Both the position numbers and the translations under genes were made by a program. Of a stretch of 64,000 nucleotides of DNA, positions 13,390 through 26,356 are shown piece by piece. Numbering within the stretch: the stretch's first letter is position 1; each line of letters begins with the position of its first letter. The stretch is from the human T2T-CHM13v2.0 reference genome, Homo sapiens. The notes under the pieces are model-generated. The model was not told where the DNA came from. It searched no databases and worked only from the letters and a program-made list of their open reading frames with translations. The stretch lies in the NCBI RefSeq assembly GCF_009914755.1, contig NC_060947.1. One strand, given 5' to 3'.

Positions 13390-14975
13390 AAATGGCCATA
13401 CTGCCTGAAGCAATCTACAAATTCAGTGCTTTTCCTATCAAACCACCAATGTCGTCTTTCACAGAACTAGAAAGAAAAACTATTCTAAAATTCATGTGGA
13501 ACCAAAAGAAGAGCCCAAATAGCCAAAGCAATCTTAAGCAAAAAGAACAAAGCCAGAGGCATCACATTACCTGACATCAAACTATCTATAAAGCTACAAT
13601 AACCAAAACAGCATGGCATTGGTACAAAAGCAGACACATAGACCAATAGAACAGAATAGAAAACTCAGAGATGAAGCTGCACACCTACAGCCATCTGATC
13701 CTCAACGAAGTTCACAAAAATAAGCAATGGAGAAAGGACTCCCTATTTGATAAATGATGTTATCATAGCTGGCTAGCCACATGTAGAAGAATAAAACTGG
13801 ACCCTTACATTTCACCATATACAAAAATTAACTCAAGATGGATTAAAGATTTAAATGTAATGCCTCAAACTGTAAGAATTCTAGAAGAAAATTTAGGAAA
13901 TACCATTGTAGACATCAGCCTTGGGAAAGAATTTATGACTAAGTCCTCAAAAGCAATTGTAACAACAAAATAATTGACAAGTGGGACCTAATTAAACTAA
14001 AGAGCTTCTGCTCAGCAAAACAATCAACAGAATAAACAGACAACCTATGTAATAGGAGAAAATATTAGTAAACTGTGTATCTGACAAATGTCTAATATTT
14101 AAAATCAATAAGGAACTTAGTAGGTAAAAAAAAAAACCATTAAAAAATGGGCAAAAGACATGAACAGACACTTCTCAAAAGAAGACATACAAGCAGACAA
14201 CAAATACATGAAAAAATGTTCAACATCACAAATCATCAGAGAAATGTAAATAAAAACCACAATGAGATACTATCTCACACCAGTCAGAATGGCTTATTAT
14301 TACAAAGTCAAAAAACTACAGATGTTGGTGAGGCTGCACAAAAAAAGAGAATGCTTAAGCAACTGTTGGTGGGAATGTAAATTAGTTCAGCCACTGTGGA
14401 AAGCAGTTTGGATATTTCTCAAATAACTTAAAAGAGAACTACTGTTTGACCCTGCAATCCCATTACTGGGCATATACCCAAAGGAAAATGTATATTATTT
14501 TACCAAAAAGACACATGCACTCATATGTTCATCATAGCACTAATCACAATAGCAAAGATATGGAATCAACCTAGGTGCCCATCCACAGTGGATTGGATAA
14601 AGAAAATACAGTATATATACACCATGGAATACTATGCAGCCATATAAAAGAATAAAATCATGTCATTTGCAGCAACATGGATGCAGCTGGAGACCATTTT
14701 CTTAAGCAAATTAATGCAGGAACAGAAAACCAAACACCATTTGCTCTTTCTTATAAGTGAGAGCTAAGCATTGCATACACACAGACATAAAGATGAGAAT
14801 AATAGACACTGGGGACTACTGTCTACTAAAGGGGGTAGAAAAGGAGGGATCAAAAGCTGAAAAACTACCTATTGGGCACCCCCAAACCTCAGTGCCAAGG
14901 AATATACCCATGTAAGAAACCTGCACGTGTACTTCCTGAATCTAAAATGAAAGTTGAAGTTATATAAAAAAAGAA
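13390..14975 (+). mobile_element. 5'-truncated L1 (L1PA16-like): ORF2 end, 3'UTR and A tail
   Basis: [30 protein letters not shown]; 3' end aaaaactacctattggg...cccaaacctcag...aaacctgcacgtgtac...tctaaaatgaaagttgaa. Confidence 0.92.
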
Positions 14976-15379
14976 ATCTTGTTGTACATATTTTATGGTT
15001 TTTACTCCTAATGTGGGAACAGAACTACCTTCATAATTAGGTCAGGCAGAGAATATAACTCTGAGGGCTTTCAAGCCTGGGATCTAGAATTTTTTTGTAA
15101 GATGTAATCTCACATTATTGTAAAATGAGAGGGGGGTAAGCCACCGCCCCTACTAATCTCTGAATATCGATACTGTCTACTATCAGCTTTTAGAGTTAAT
15201 TTGATATAGATCACTTATAATTTCAAGGTGAACTCTCCTTAAGTGTACTTCAGTGCACTTTCATTTTAAGAAGTAAGTCAACTGCAATGAAAACAGGAAC
15301 AGCATGAGAGACCAAGATTGTTTTATGGTAACTATGGACTCTTAGAAGCAAAATTATTCTGGAGAGATGGTTATTATTT

Positions 15380-15489
15380 TGAGGGCAGGGTTTGTATTGC
15401 ATTGAGCTCTCAGTACCCAGAGAGAGCCTAGAAAATAGAAGGAACCCAATAAATGATTCTTTATGAATGAATGAATGAATGAATGAATG
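15380..15489 (+). mobile_element. L2 3' end with (TGAA)n tail
   Basis: ctcagtacccagagagagcctag...caataaatg...atgaatgaatgaatgaatgaatg. Confidence 0.65.
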
Positions 15490-15714
15490 GGTACATGCAA
15501 CCTTGTAAGGATATAGGCCTAGAACTTAGAGTATAATAAAAAACAAGGGGGGCTAATTCTTATCTAAACACCAGAATGTTGTTTTAGCCAAATCCATTTA
15601 CATGTTTCCAAAGAAATTTTTATTTTTATTCATTACCTGGGAAAGACAAACAACAAAAAAAAAACTCATAATCACAATGACAATTGAAATACATGAATAC
15701 TTCAAGGTTATTGA

Positions 15715-15729
15715 ATTTGCATAACAAAA
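15715..15729. promoter_or_regulatory. Candidate OCT4-SOX2 composite motif ATTTGCATAACAAAA
   Basis: Perfect octamer ATTTGCAT directly abutting AACAAA; motif match only, no functional evidence. Confidence 0.35.
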
Positions 15730-17494
15730 TATGTAAATAAAAGGAATTGTCAAATTGTTTCTGAAAGACATGAAGCACAGGTAAAACACAATTTTAACAG
15801 AAGGGATGGAGACGAAAAGGACATAATATTTTAAAATAAAATAATGTTTATTTGTATTCTCCCTACAATCTTTGTAATAGTTAATCAAGGGAAACAAAAT
15901 TTCTTTCACTTTGGTGCCTCTCTTCTCTGACTACTTCATAAGCTACTTTTGCCTCTGGGTTTTTCGTAATGTCTTCGTCATCTCTTTGCATCAACATTTC
16001 CATTTTCTCCCAACCAAGGCCTAGGAAAAGCCTTAAGCTATGACAGCATAGATGCCAAATAGTTTTTGCCCTGCCATAGTGTAAAATTTTTGGCTTGATT
16101 TTTCTCAGAATATTGACAAAGACAAGGTATTTACTTATCTTTTTGTTCAATACTCTTATTAAAGCTCATACATGGCTCAGGTTGTTCTGACACTGTCCCT
16201 GAAAATTAAATTTTCTATTAAGTATCACCTTGTTTTGCATTATTTTTGTTTCTGTTCTGTAAATTAAGGATAACATTTACTGCCTGGGATTTATTAACCT
16301 CATGTATTTGATGCATTTTCAGGAGAAATATTTAAGATTATGTCTAATGGAAAAGTCAGAACTTCAAAATCATGTCTAAATATATGGATATGTCTTTATC
16401 ACCTTCTGTGACAAAGGACAGAGTAAGAAATTTCTAATTAAATATTCCAAAGTAATAATCATAGACAACAAAATAAAACACTTGGAGGGAAACAAGCGGT
16501 TTGGTTAATATACTTCTAGCTCCTTAGTGTCTGTCCATGACAAATAACTTGACAAAAATTCTCTACTATCATCTTAATAATGAACATTATAAAACAAATA
16601 CTGGGCATCATCATTATGCTTACCATTTATGGCCTTTCTACTGTGGTGAAACCTCTACCTTGACTCTTCAATATATAAATGAAGTTAGACTCTTCATTTC
16701 TAACTGTGGAATGGTGTTAGGAGACAATAAAATTTCCGCAAAGAATGACCCACATAGATACTTGAATGCAGCCTCAAGACCAACAGGATTGAAAGTAAAA
16801 AAGATTTTAAAAGGGGCTTACAGAATTTTGTTTTCCTCAATTGTTATTTCTCATTCTATTATCCAAAAGAAAATATTAAAAGTTTACTTGTTATTAACAG
16901 TGATAATATATTACTCTCCTTCGAACTATGCCATCAGTGTCCCTCATTACCACTTTCTTGATATTCTGAAGGTTGACCTGTCATTTTTAAAAATCTCAAT
17001 CATTAAGTTCTCTTTATGTCAGCTGCTATAGTGATGTCTCAGGCTAAGCAGTGACTTTAAGGGGAAAAGGCTTTTATACATGAACAGGCTGCAAAATAAA
17101 AACCACATCACATGAGGAAGAAGGGATTTGGAAGACCTTGCAGAATTTCGCTGAAACTCAATTCATAGTCCTATGACCTATTTCATAACTGTGCATCCCA
17201 GCTTCCAATCTCAGCTTTCTTTCCACATTACAGCTCTGGTGTGTCCTTACTGGGTTCTCAGCATCTTTTGAAATCCTTCCTGCTCCCAACATTGCTTCTC
17301 AATATATGCATTGTATCTCTCTTACACAAATGGCTCCTGATCTGTGCCCAAATTGCACACATAACAAAGAATGTAAGAAGAATTACTTATAATAATAAAA
17401 TTCTAAAGTATGGATCTCTATCCAATTTCTCGCTCTTGAACTCCAGTCCCAAAAGTCAAATAAGACATCTGTATCTTAACTGTCTCACAAGCAG

Positions 17495-17853
17495 TGCTAT
17501 GGTCTACATGTTTGTCTCCCCCAAATTTCATAGATTAAAATCTAATCCCCAATGAAATGGTATTAAGAGGTAGGGTCTTTGGGGGATGATTAGGTCATGA
17601 GGACCTCACCCTCATGAATGGGATTAGTGCTTTTATAAAAGAGGCTCAAGGAATCTTGTTTGTCCCTTTTACCATGTGAAGACACAGCTAAAAGAAACTG
17701 TCTATGAGAAACAGTCCCTCATCAGACATTGAATCTGCTTGTACCTTGATCTTGGACTTCCCAGTATCTAAAACTATCAGCAATAAATTTCTACTCCTTA
17801 CAAATTACTCAATCTAAGATTTTTTTGTTATAGGAGCAAAATACACCAAGACA
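17495..17853 (+). mobile_element. MaLR solo LTR (MLT1A/MSTD-like)
   Basis: tgctatggtct...atgaatgggattagtgc...caataaatttct...ccaagaca; TSD agcag/atcag. Confidence 0.88.
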
Positions 17854-18065
17854 ATCAGTAAAATAAACCCACCCTATCCAACACTAAACTCCTCATCTTT
17901 GCCTCAACTCAACCTCTCCTTCAATGTTCCCTGTCTCAGGGCATGGCCATGCCATTCCCCAATCTTTATATTATAATATGAGTACTTGATTTTTTTCATT
18001 CTTCTGATGATAAAATCTCTTCATTGTCTCCCTCATTGAATTTAAGATAAAATACAACTTTCTTA

Positions 18066-18506
18066 TAAAAGAAAAACATCAGCCGAATTTAATATTTAAA
18101 CAGTTTAATTGAGCAATGAATGATTTGCGAATCGGGCAACCCCCAGAATCACAGCAGATTCATAGAAACTCCAGTGCAGCCACGTGGTGGAAGAAGATTT
18201 ATATAGACAAAAAAAAAAAAAAGTAAATGATGTATAGAAATCAGCAGTGAGGTACAGAAACAGCTGGGTTGGTTACAGGTTGCTGTTTGCCTTATTTGAA
18301 CACAGTTTGAACACTTAGCAGTCTATGAGTGGTTGAAGTATGGCTGCTGGGATTGGCCAAGACTCAGTTATTACTACAGGCAAAATCTAACTCCTAAGTT
18401 AGATTTTCAATTTTGTCTGACTATTAAGCTAGGTAATAGTTCTCCACAAGGACTCAAATATAGAAGTGTGGAGTCCTCCTCAGGCCATATTTAGTTTTCT
18501 TGAACA
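18066..18506 (-). mobile_element. MER57-type ERV1 solo LTR
   Basis: Reverse complement starts tgttcaagaaaactaaatatggcctgaggaggactcc...ttctatatttgagtcc; 4-bp TSD ctta/ctta as expected for ERV1. Confidence 0.82.
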
Positions 18507-19079
18507 CTTAGCATGACACTGAAAACCCTCAGTCGTTTGGTCTTGCTGACATTTTAAGCCTCATCCTTCACTACTATTTCTATTTATTTAAATGCACTCT
18601 GCTTGCTCATCTGTCCATGTTAATTCCTCTGAATGTAATACCCTTCAGCTCCTACTTTCCCTGGCTACTTCCTACCTATTCTTTAAACATTTCTGAGAGG
18701 AAGTAGTACCTCCCCTCAGAAGTTCAGTTATGCCAGCCACTGAGGCTGGGTTTAGTGCACCTCCTTTGCGTTCCCACAATACCCTATGTGTACATATTGC
18801 AGCATTTTTCACACTCTATTATGATTCCCTAATTTTATGCCTCCTCCAATAGACTGTGAGCTGCTTGAGAGTAAGATGTATATCTGTTCTTCATATTCCC
18901 AGGAATCTACCTCCTTGTGTGGTACACAAAGTACATGCCAGATAAAGATTTACTGGGTGAATAAGTGACCAAAGAGCTCTGACAGGAAAAAAGAAACATT
19001 CAAACAAACAAACAAAAAAATGGTTCTATCATTTGATTTAAGCATTGATAATAATCAAAATGCATTTATTCTGAGACCT

Positions 19080-19488
19080 TGTATTAGTTTTCTAGGGCTG
19101 CCATAACAAAATATCACACATTGGGTGGCTTAAAGAATAGAAATTTATTTTCTCACAGCTCTGGAAGCCACAAGTCTGAGATCGAGATGTCGGCAAAGTT
19201 AATTTCTTCTAAGGCCTCTCTCCTCCTCAGCTGGTAAATGGCTGTCTTTTCCCTGTGTCTTGATCTTCTCTATGTGTATGTCTGATCTTCTCTATGTGTA
19301 AATCTCTGTCATGCTTTCTTCTTCTTATAAGACATCAGTCATTTTGAATTAGGGCCAACCCTAATAACCACATTTAACCATAATTACCTCTTTAAAGATT
19401 CTATCCTCAAATGCAGTGATATTAGGAGGTAATAGGGGTTAGGACTTCAACATATGAATTTGGGAGGAATATAATTCAGCCCATAACA
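19080..19488 (-). mobile_element. MLT1B/C-like solo LTR
   Basis: tgtattagttttctagggctgccataacaaaat...attcagcccataaca; TSD gacct/ggcct. Confidence 0.9.
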
Positions 19489-20560
19489 GGCCTTGAAGTT
19501 ACAAAATAATTCTTCCACTAATGTGGGTCATTACAGCTTAGTCCACAGTATATTCCCCAAGTACTCACAAAGCCTGTCAGATGGTATTCTCTTTGTAGGG
19601 TCACTGGCAGTTGGGAAGGTACTTGTTTCCTGCATTCGTGCCTTTTTTATTCCTTCTAAACATCTGAAGCTGAGCATAAATCTCCCCCTTCTCCCTCCTC
19701 CCTCTGCAATATCTCTTGCCCCAATTATGCAGTTAGCCTAAGAATCAGGAAACTGTTCCAGAAATAAACTTAACCTGCTGATCTAGATAGTGACTAAATC
19801 CTCCAATAATGTGGACATCTACTAGAAAAGCTAGGTTAACAGGCTTCTTTTTTAGAAGTCATCTGTTTGGTTGTGAGATAAGATCAAGGCTCAATCATAT
19901 CCAAAGTCCAAAAGACTTCAAACATTACGTGATTTTTGCCCCACTCCCTATCACTGCAGTGCAGTTATAACTGGTTCTGGAGTTGAGAAAAAGCCAAGCA
20001 ATCTTAACTGTTGTCAATTTTATACCATTGAAATTGTGAAGCAAATATGCAAATTATATTAAAAGCCTCCCAAAAAAGCATGGGTAACAGTGACATTTTT
20101 TTTCCCACCACAATCTCAATACACATCACAAGTACTTCTACTTTACTATTTCTTCCTCCACAAACAATCCAAATCCCACCACTTACTTATACTCCATGAT
20201 CTCCACAAAGCCCTTCCTTCCATAACTACTCTAGTGTATTTGGATTTTTCTCCTTTCTCTCACAGCTCAGAATGTTCACTATTTCCATTGTACAGAAAAT
20301 AGTTGATATGGAAGATACATTAAAATGTCTGTTCACATCTCCTCATTTTAAAAATGGAATTGACTAGATTATTGAATAAGTGGACTCCCGTATATTGCAC
20401 TTAGGAAATAATTTGATTTTTCTCCTATTTCTGTCATCAAAACTACTCTGTTAAATCTCTTTTTCAGACCCCTGGATGATATTTCAAACAGCAACCTTAG
20501 CTATTCAGGTTGTCAGGGGTGACAAATAATTTCAGTTAGAGGAATTAAAAGGCCAATCTG

Positions 20561-20725
20561 TTTCAAAATATAATGCATTGTTATTAACTACAGTCACCAC
20601 GTTATACAACAGATATCTTTAACTATTGTTTATTAGCTCAACTGAGCCATTCCACAATGTATACATATTTCAAAACATCATGTTGCATGGGATTAAAATG
20701 TACAATTTTGAATCTGTCAGTATTT
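20561..20725 (+). mobile_element. Short L1MA7/8-like 3'UTR insertion with inverted 5' part
   Basis: Antisense piece 20561-20624 and sense piece 20627-20725 both match the same L1MA 3'UTR. Confidence 0.65.
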
Positions 20726-23533
20726 TAAATTGATATAAATACTTGTACATATTTATCAGATACAGGTGATATTTTGTTACAGGAACAGACTATGTAATAA
20801 TCAAGTTAGAGTATTTGGGGTATCCATCATCTCAAGTATTTATCATTTATATGTGCTGGGAACATTTCAAGTTCTCTCTTCTAGTATTTTGAAATATACA
20901 ATACATTGTTGTTAACTTTAGTCATCGTACTCTGCTATTGAGTATTATAACTTATTCCTTTTATCTGACTGTATGTTTGTGCCCATTAATCAACCTCCCA
21001 CAGATTCTTCCCAGCCTTTGGCATCTATCCTTCTATTCTCCACTCTGTGAAATCAGCTTAAGTTCTTACATATGGGTGAGAATATGCAATATTTGTCTTC
21101 CTGTGCCTGGCTTATTTCAACTAATATAATGGCCTCCAGTTCCATCCATGACATAATTCCAATTATGACATAATTCCATTATTTTTATGACATAATTCCA
21201 TTATTTTTATGGCCAAATAGTATTACATTATGTATATATAACATGACATTTTCTTGTTCATTTATCCATTGATGGACACATAGGTTAATTCTATGTCTTT
21301 GCTATTGTGAATGGTGCTGCAATAAACATGGGAGTGCAAGTATCCCTTTGATATACTGATTTCTTTCCCTTTGGATGAATACCCTAAAGTGAATTTGAGA
21401 ATGATAGGGTAGTTCTACTTTTAGTTTCAAGAAAAGCTCCCTACTGTTTACCATAGTGGCTGCACTAATTTACATTCCTACCAACAGTCTATATGAGTTC
21501 CCTTTTCTCCACATCCCCAACAGCATCTCTTATATTTTGTCTTTTTAACAGTAGCCATTCTACCTGGCTAAGATAACATTTCATTGTGGTTTTGATTTTA
21601 ATTTCCCAGATAATTAGTGTTGTAAGCATTTTTTCACATACATGTTGGCCATGTGTATGTCTTCTTTTGAGAAATGTCTATTTATGTCATTTGCCCACTT
21701 TTTAAGTGGGATTTTTTTTAACTGTTTGAGTTCCTTGGTTCCTTGTATATCCTGGATATTAGTCCCTTATTGGATGAATAGTTTGTAAATATTTTCCCTG
21801 ACTCAACATGTTGTCTCTTTACTCTGTTGTTTCCTTTGCTGTGCAGAAGATTTTTAGTTTAATATAGTCCCATTTGTCTATTTGTGTTGCCTGTTAGTTT
21901 GAGTTCTTACTTATAAAATCTATGCCTAGATCAATATCCTGGATTGTTTCCCTTGTTTTCTTCTATAGGATTTTTAGTTTTGGCGTCTTATGTTTAAGTC
22001 TTTAATCCATTTTGAGTTGCTTTCGTATGTGGTGAGAGATAGGGGTCTAGTTTCATTCTTCTGCATATGGATATCCAGTTTTCTCAGCACCATTTATTAA
22101 AGAGTGTGTTCATTCTTCAATATATGTTCTTGGTGCTTTTTTCAAAATTCGGTTGGCTGTAAATATGTGAATCTATTCTTGGGTTCTGTAATTTGTGATA
22201 TTGGTTTATGTGCCTGTGTTTGTTATGATAGCCTGTAATATATTTGAAAGTCAGGTAGTGTGATGACTCCCGCTTTGTTCTTTTTTGGTCAGAATTACTT
22301 TGGTCATTTGGACTCTTTTTGGTTCCACAGAATTTTTAGAATTGTTTTTTTCCATTTATGTAAAATACATCATTGGTATTTTGATGGGAATTGCACTGAA
22401 TCTGTAGACTGCTTTTGACAGTATGGTTATTTTAACAATATTAATTCTTCCAATCCATGAACATGTCATGTCTTTCCATTTGTTTGTGTCCTGTTGAATG
22501 TCCTTATTAGTGTTTCATAGTTTTCCTTGTAGATGTTCTTTATAATATCTCCTTGATTAATTTTTTCTAGGTATGTTTTATAGTTATTGTAAAGGGGATT
22601 ACCTTCTCAATTTCTTTCTCAGCTAGTTCATTTTTTGTGTATATAAATGCTACTGATTTTTGTATGATGATGTTGTATCCTGCATTTTTACTGAATTTAT
22701 TTTTCAGACCTACAGGACTTTTGGTGGTGTCTGGGTTTTTCTAGATATAAGATTATGTCATCTGCAAAGAGGAACAATGTGACTTTCTTTCTCAATTCGG
22801 ATGCCTTTATTTATCTTGCCTGATAGCTCTGGAAAGGATTTTCAGTACTATGTTGAATAGAAGTGGTGAAAGTGGGCATCATTGTCTTGTTTGAGTTATT
22901 AAGCAAAAGGCTTTTAGGTTTTCCCCATTCAGTATGATGTCAGCTGTGGATCTGTCATATTATGGCATATTATGTTCCTTGTGTGCCTAATTTGTTGAGA
23001 GTTTTTATCATGAAGGGATATCAAAAGCTTTTTATCAAAAGCTTTTTTCTACATTTATTGAGACGGTCATATGGATTTTGCCCTCCATTCTGTTGATATG
23101 AGGTATCACATTTATTGATTTGCATATGTTGAACCATCCTTGCTTCCCCAGGATAAATCCCACTTGATCATGGTGTGTTATCCTCTTCCTGTGCTGTTGG
23201 ATTTACTTTGCTAGTATTTTCTTGAGGATTTTTGTATCTATGTTCCTCAGGGTTATTGGCCTATAGTTCTCTTTTCCTGTTGCATCTTTTTCTGGTTTTT
23301 GTATCAGGCTAATGCGGGCCTCATTGAATAAGTTAGGGATAACTCCTTCCTCCTTAGTTTTTTGGGATAGTTTGAGGAGAATTGGTGTTAGTTTTTCTTG
23401 TAAGTTTGGTAGAAATCAGCAGTGAAGACATCCAGTCTTGGGCTTTTCTTTGTTGGGAGAGTTTTTAGTTACAGATTCAATTTCATTAATCAGTATTAGT
23501 CTGTTCAGGTTTTCTCTTTCTTCCTGATCCAAT
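20723..23533 (-). mobile_element. 5'-truncated L1MA4/5-like LINE
   Basis: 3'UTR cttgtacatatttat...gatattttg; ORF2 remnant DQEERENLNRLI..NEIESV. Confidence 0.9.
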
Positions 23534-24734
23534 TGTCCATTATCTGAGTCCACAAGACAGATAATAACAGGTGGCATATTCCTCCACATTTTAAACAGAA
23601 GGCTATATATATTAGGCTCACCAAGAGATGCCTCCAAACAGGTCCTACACCTCTTGTTTCATCACTCAACCCAAACTTATCTGTAAGAGAGGTAGAGATT
23701 GGAAGGAGGTTGTTGAGAGGGGATTTTTAAGAAGAGAACTGTTAGTCTACTAGGGTTGGGGAACTGAAGTGTTGTTATTAGGGGAGAAAAGGGGTTCCTC
23801 CTTCCACTTTCCACCTCAAGCCATATAAGGGGTTTCACTGGGCCTTACTCTAGTGCCCAGTACTACCATGGTACTACAGTGGAGTATGGAGAAAATACTT
23901 AATGAAGTGCTTGCTAGGCAGCCCCTGGAATTTAGAGGAAACAGGGTCTGGAGGGTCACAATGGGTACAAGCTGCACTTTCACCAGTGATGGGGCAAATT
24001 TTCAGTGTTTTTATTTTGACCAAGAGTACATGAAAAAAGCCATAGCAGAACTGTCCTAAAGGATCCTTATAGGAAGATTGCCTTCTAGGGAAAGATAGGC
24101 ACAGCAGAAAGAGACTGTTTGGAAGGAAGTGGGGTAACATTACAGTGCAGGAGCTGAGAGGGTAATGATAAGTCAATTAAGGAATGTATTGCCTACAGTG
24201 TTGGGGAGACCTTAGCAGAGGGACATGTCAGGTAGCAATACAATTCTTAAAAATATCCCGTTTACTGTAGTATCATGGTAGCCAGTATTTGAACATCTAT
24301 CACAGTAAGAGTATAATGCACCAGCCAAGTAAGACTATTGGCTCTCTCACCTTTTTTCTTTACTCTTACCCTACCACTATCCCATACCTATCCTAGAGAA
24401 GTCAGAGGGAGGCAACATAGTGATTGGAGGAAGAAACATAGAAAAGCATTGCGAAAGAATGAAAAAGAAATAGACTATGTCTTCCTTTCTCATAGCTTAT
24501 TTATAAAATTTTGTGGCCAGGCTCATGCTGGAACTGAGAGCAGCTTTAAATTAGATGAAAGTTAAAAATGTTTAATGTAAATTAGATTGCACTTTTGGTC
24601 ACTTATCTAAATTTTTATTTCAGGAAAATTATTATTTCTTCATTAAACACGCTGCAAAGCTGTTAAGTATTAATCATTTGTTAGAAAATTTTATTTAAAA
24701 ATTAACATAATTTTTAAAGATGACTTTTTTTTAA

Positions 24735-25161
24735 AAGGTACGAAGAACATACATTGGAGAAAAGATGCCCTTCTCAATAAATGATTCTGCAAACATTAGA
24801 TATCTATATGCAGAAGAATAAAACTAGACCTCTTTCTCTCACCATATACAAAAGTAACTCAAGATGGATTAAATACTTAAATATAAGACCCAAAACTAAA
24901 AATCCTATAGAGGAAAACAGAGGAAACAATCTAGGACATTGATCTAGGCAAAGATTTTATAACTAATCCCCCAAAGCACAACCAACAAAAGAAACAATGG
25001 ACTAATGGGACTATATTAAACTAAAAAGTTTCTGCACAACAAGGGAAAACAATCAACAGAGTGAAGAGACGACCGGTTGAATGGGAGAAAATATTTGCAA
25101 ACTATATATCCAATAAGGGACTAATGTCCAGAATATACAAGGAAATCAACTCAACAGTTAA

Positions 25162-25200
<39 letters not shown>

Positions 25201-26305
25201 TCCATTACAAAATGGGCAAAGGACATCAATAGACATTTCTCAATAGAGGACATACAAATGGGCAACACCTATATTAAAAAATGTTCAACATCACTAATCA
25301 TCATGGAAATTCAAATCAAAACCACAATGAGATATTGTCTTACCCCAAATAGAATGGCTATTATTAAAAAGACAAAAAATAACAGATACTGGTGAGGATA
25401 TGGAGAAAAGGGAACTCATATACACTGTTGGTAGGAATATACATTAGTGCAGCCACTATGGTAAACATTATGAAACTTTCTTAAAAAACTAAAAATAGAA
25501 CTACCATACACTAAATACTCTGACTTGATCATTACATGTATATATTCGTTATATACGTGTGATTCAATTATACATGTATACACAAAATGTGTATAAATAA
25601 AAAATAAATAAATATAGAACTACCATACAATCCAGCAATCCCACTATTAGCTATTTATTTTAAAAAAAGGAATCTGTATATCAAAGAGATACCTACACCT
25701 TTATGTTTATTGCAGCACTATTCACAATAGCAAAGATATGGAATCAGCTTAAGAGTCTATCAACAGAAAAATTGATAAATAAAATATTGTATATATACAC
25801 AATGGAATACCATTCAGCCATAAAAATGGAAATCATATCCTTTGCAGCAACATGGATGGAGCTGAACATCATTATGTTAATTGAAATAAGCCAGGCACAG
25901 AAAAAAATCACATGTGCTCACTCATATGTAGGAGCTATAAAAGTTAATCTAATGGAGGTAGATAGTAGAATGATTGTTACCAGAGGCTGAGAAGGGTATG
26001 TGTATAGGAGTGGAGATGAGGAGAAGTTAGTTAATGGGTACAAACATAGTTAGATAAAAGGAATAAGTTATAATATTTCACAGCTGAGTATGGTGACTAA
26101 AGTTTACAACAATATAATGTATATTTCAAAATAGCTAGAAGAGAGTACTTGAAATATTCCTAACTCATAGAAATGACAAATATTTGAGCTGATGAATATC
26201 CTAAATATTCTGACTTGATCATTACACATTGTATGCATGCAACAATATGTCACATGTACCCCATAAATATGTACAAATATTATGTATCAATACAAATATT
26301 TTTAC
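24735..26305 (+). mobile_element. 5'-truncated L1MA5/6-like LINE containing an (AAT)n tract (25162-25200) and a nested mini-L1
   Basis: ORFs [27 protein letters not shown] and MFIAALFTIAKIWNQ; 3' end cctaaatattctgacttgatcattacacattgtatgc. Confidence 0.9.
25511..25613 (+). mobile_element. Approximately 100-bp L1MA 3' terminus with A-rich tail and 16-bp TSD
   Basis: TSD atagaactaccataca at 25495-25510 and 25614-25629. Confidence 0.85.
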
Positions 26306-26356
26306 AAGGAAATTGATTGAGTAATACTGATTGAATAATCCTGATAGAATAATACA

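Larger units (their letters stand above)
17415..18968 (+). mobile_element. L2 relic interrupted by two solo LTRs
   Basis: ctcttgaactccag...|LTR|...ccaacactaaactcctcatc...; 3' end agactgtgagctgcttgagagtaag...gggtgaataagtga. Confidence 0.65.

Noticed and set aside
16537-17031. 164-aa ORF in unique AT-rich DNA
   Set aside because: No recognisable domain, composition (I/L/Y/K/N) mirrors AT-rich background, and there is no promoter or splice support
21148-21212. Short direct repeats as a possible CRISPR-like array
   Set aside because: Only three adjacent units, no unique spacers, inside a mammalian L1
20723-26305. Head-to-head L1MA pieces as a single inverted element
   Set aside because: Each has its own 3' end and they overlap in consensus coordinates, so they are independent insertions
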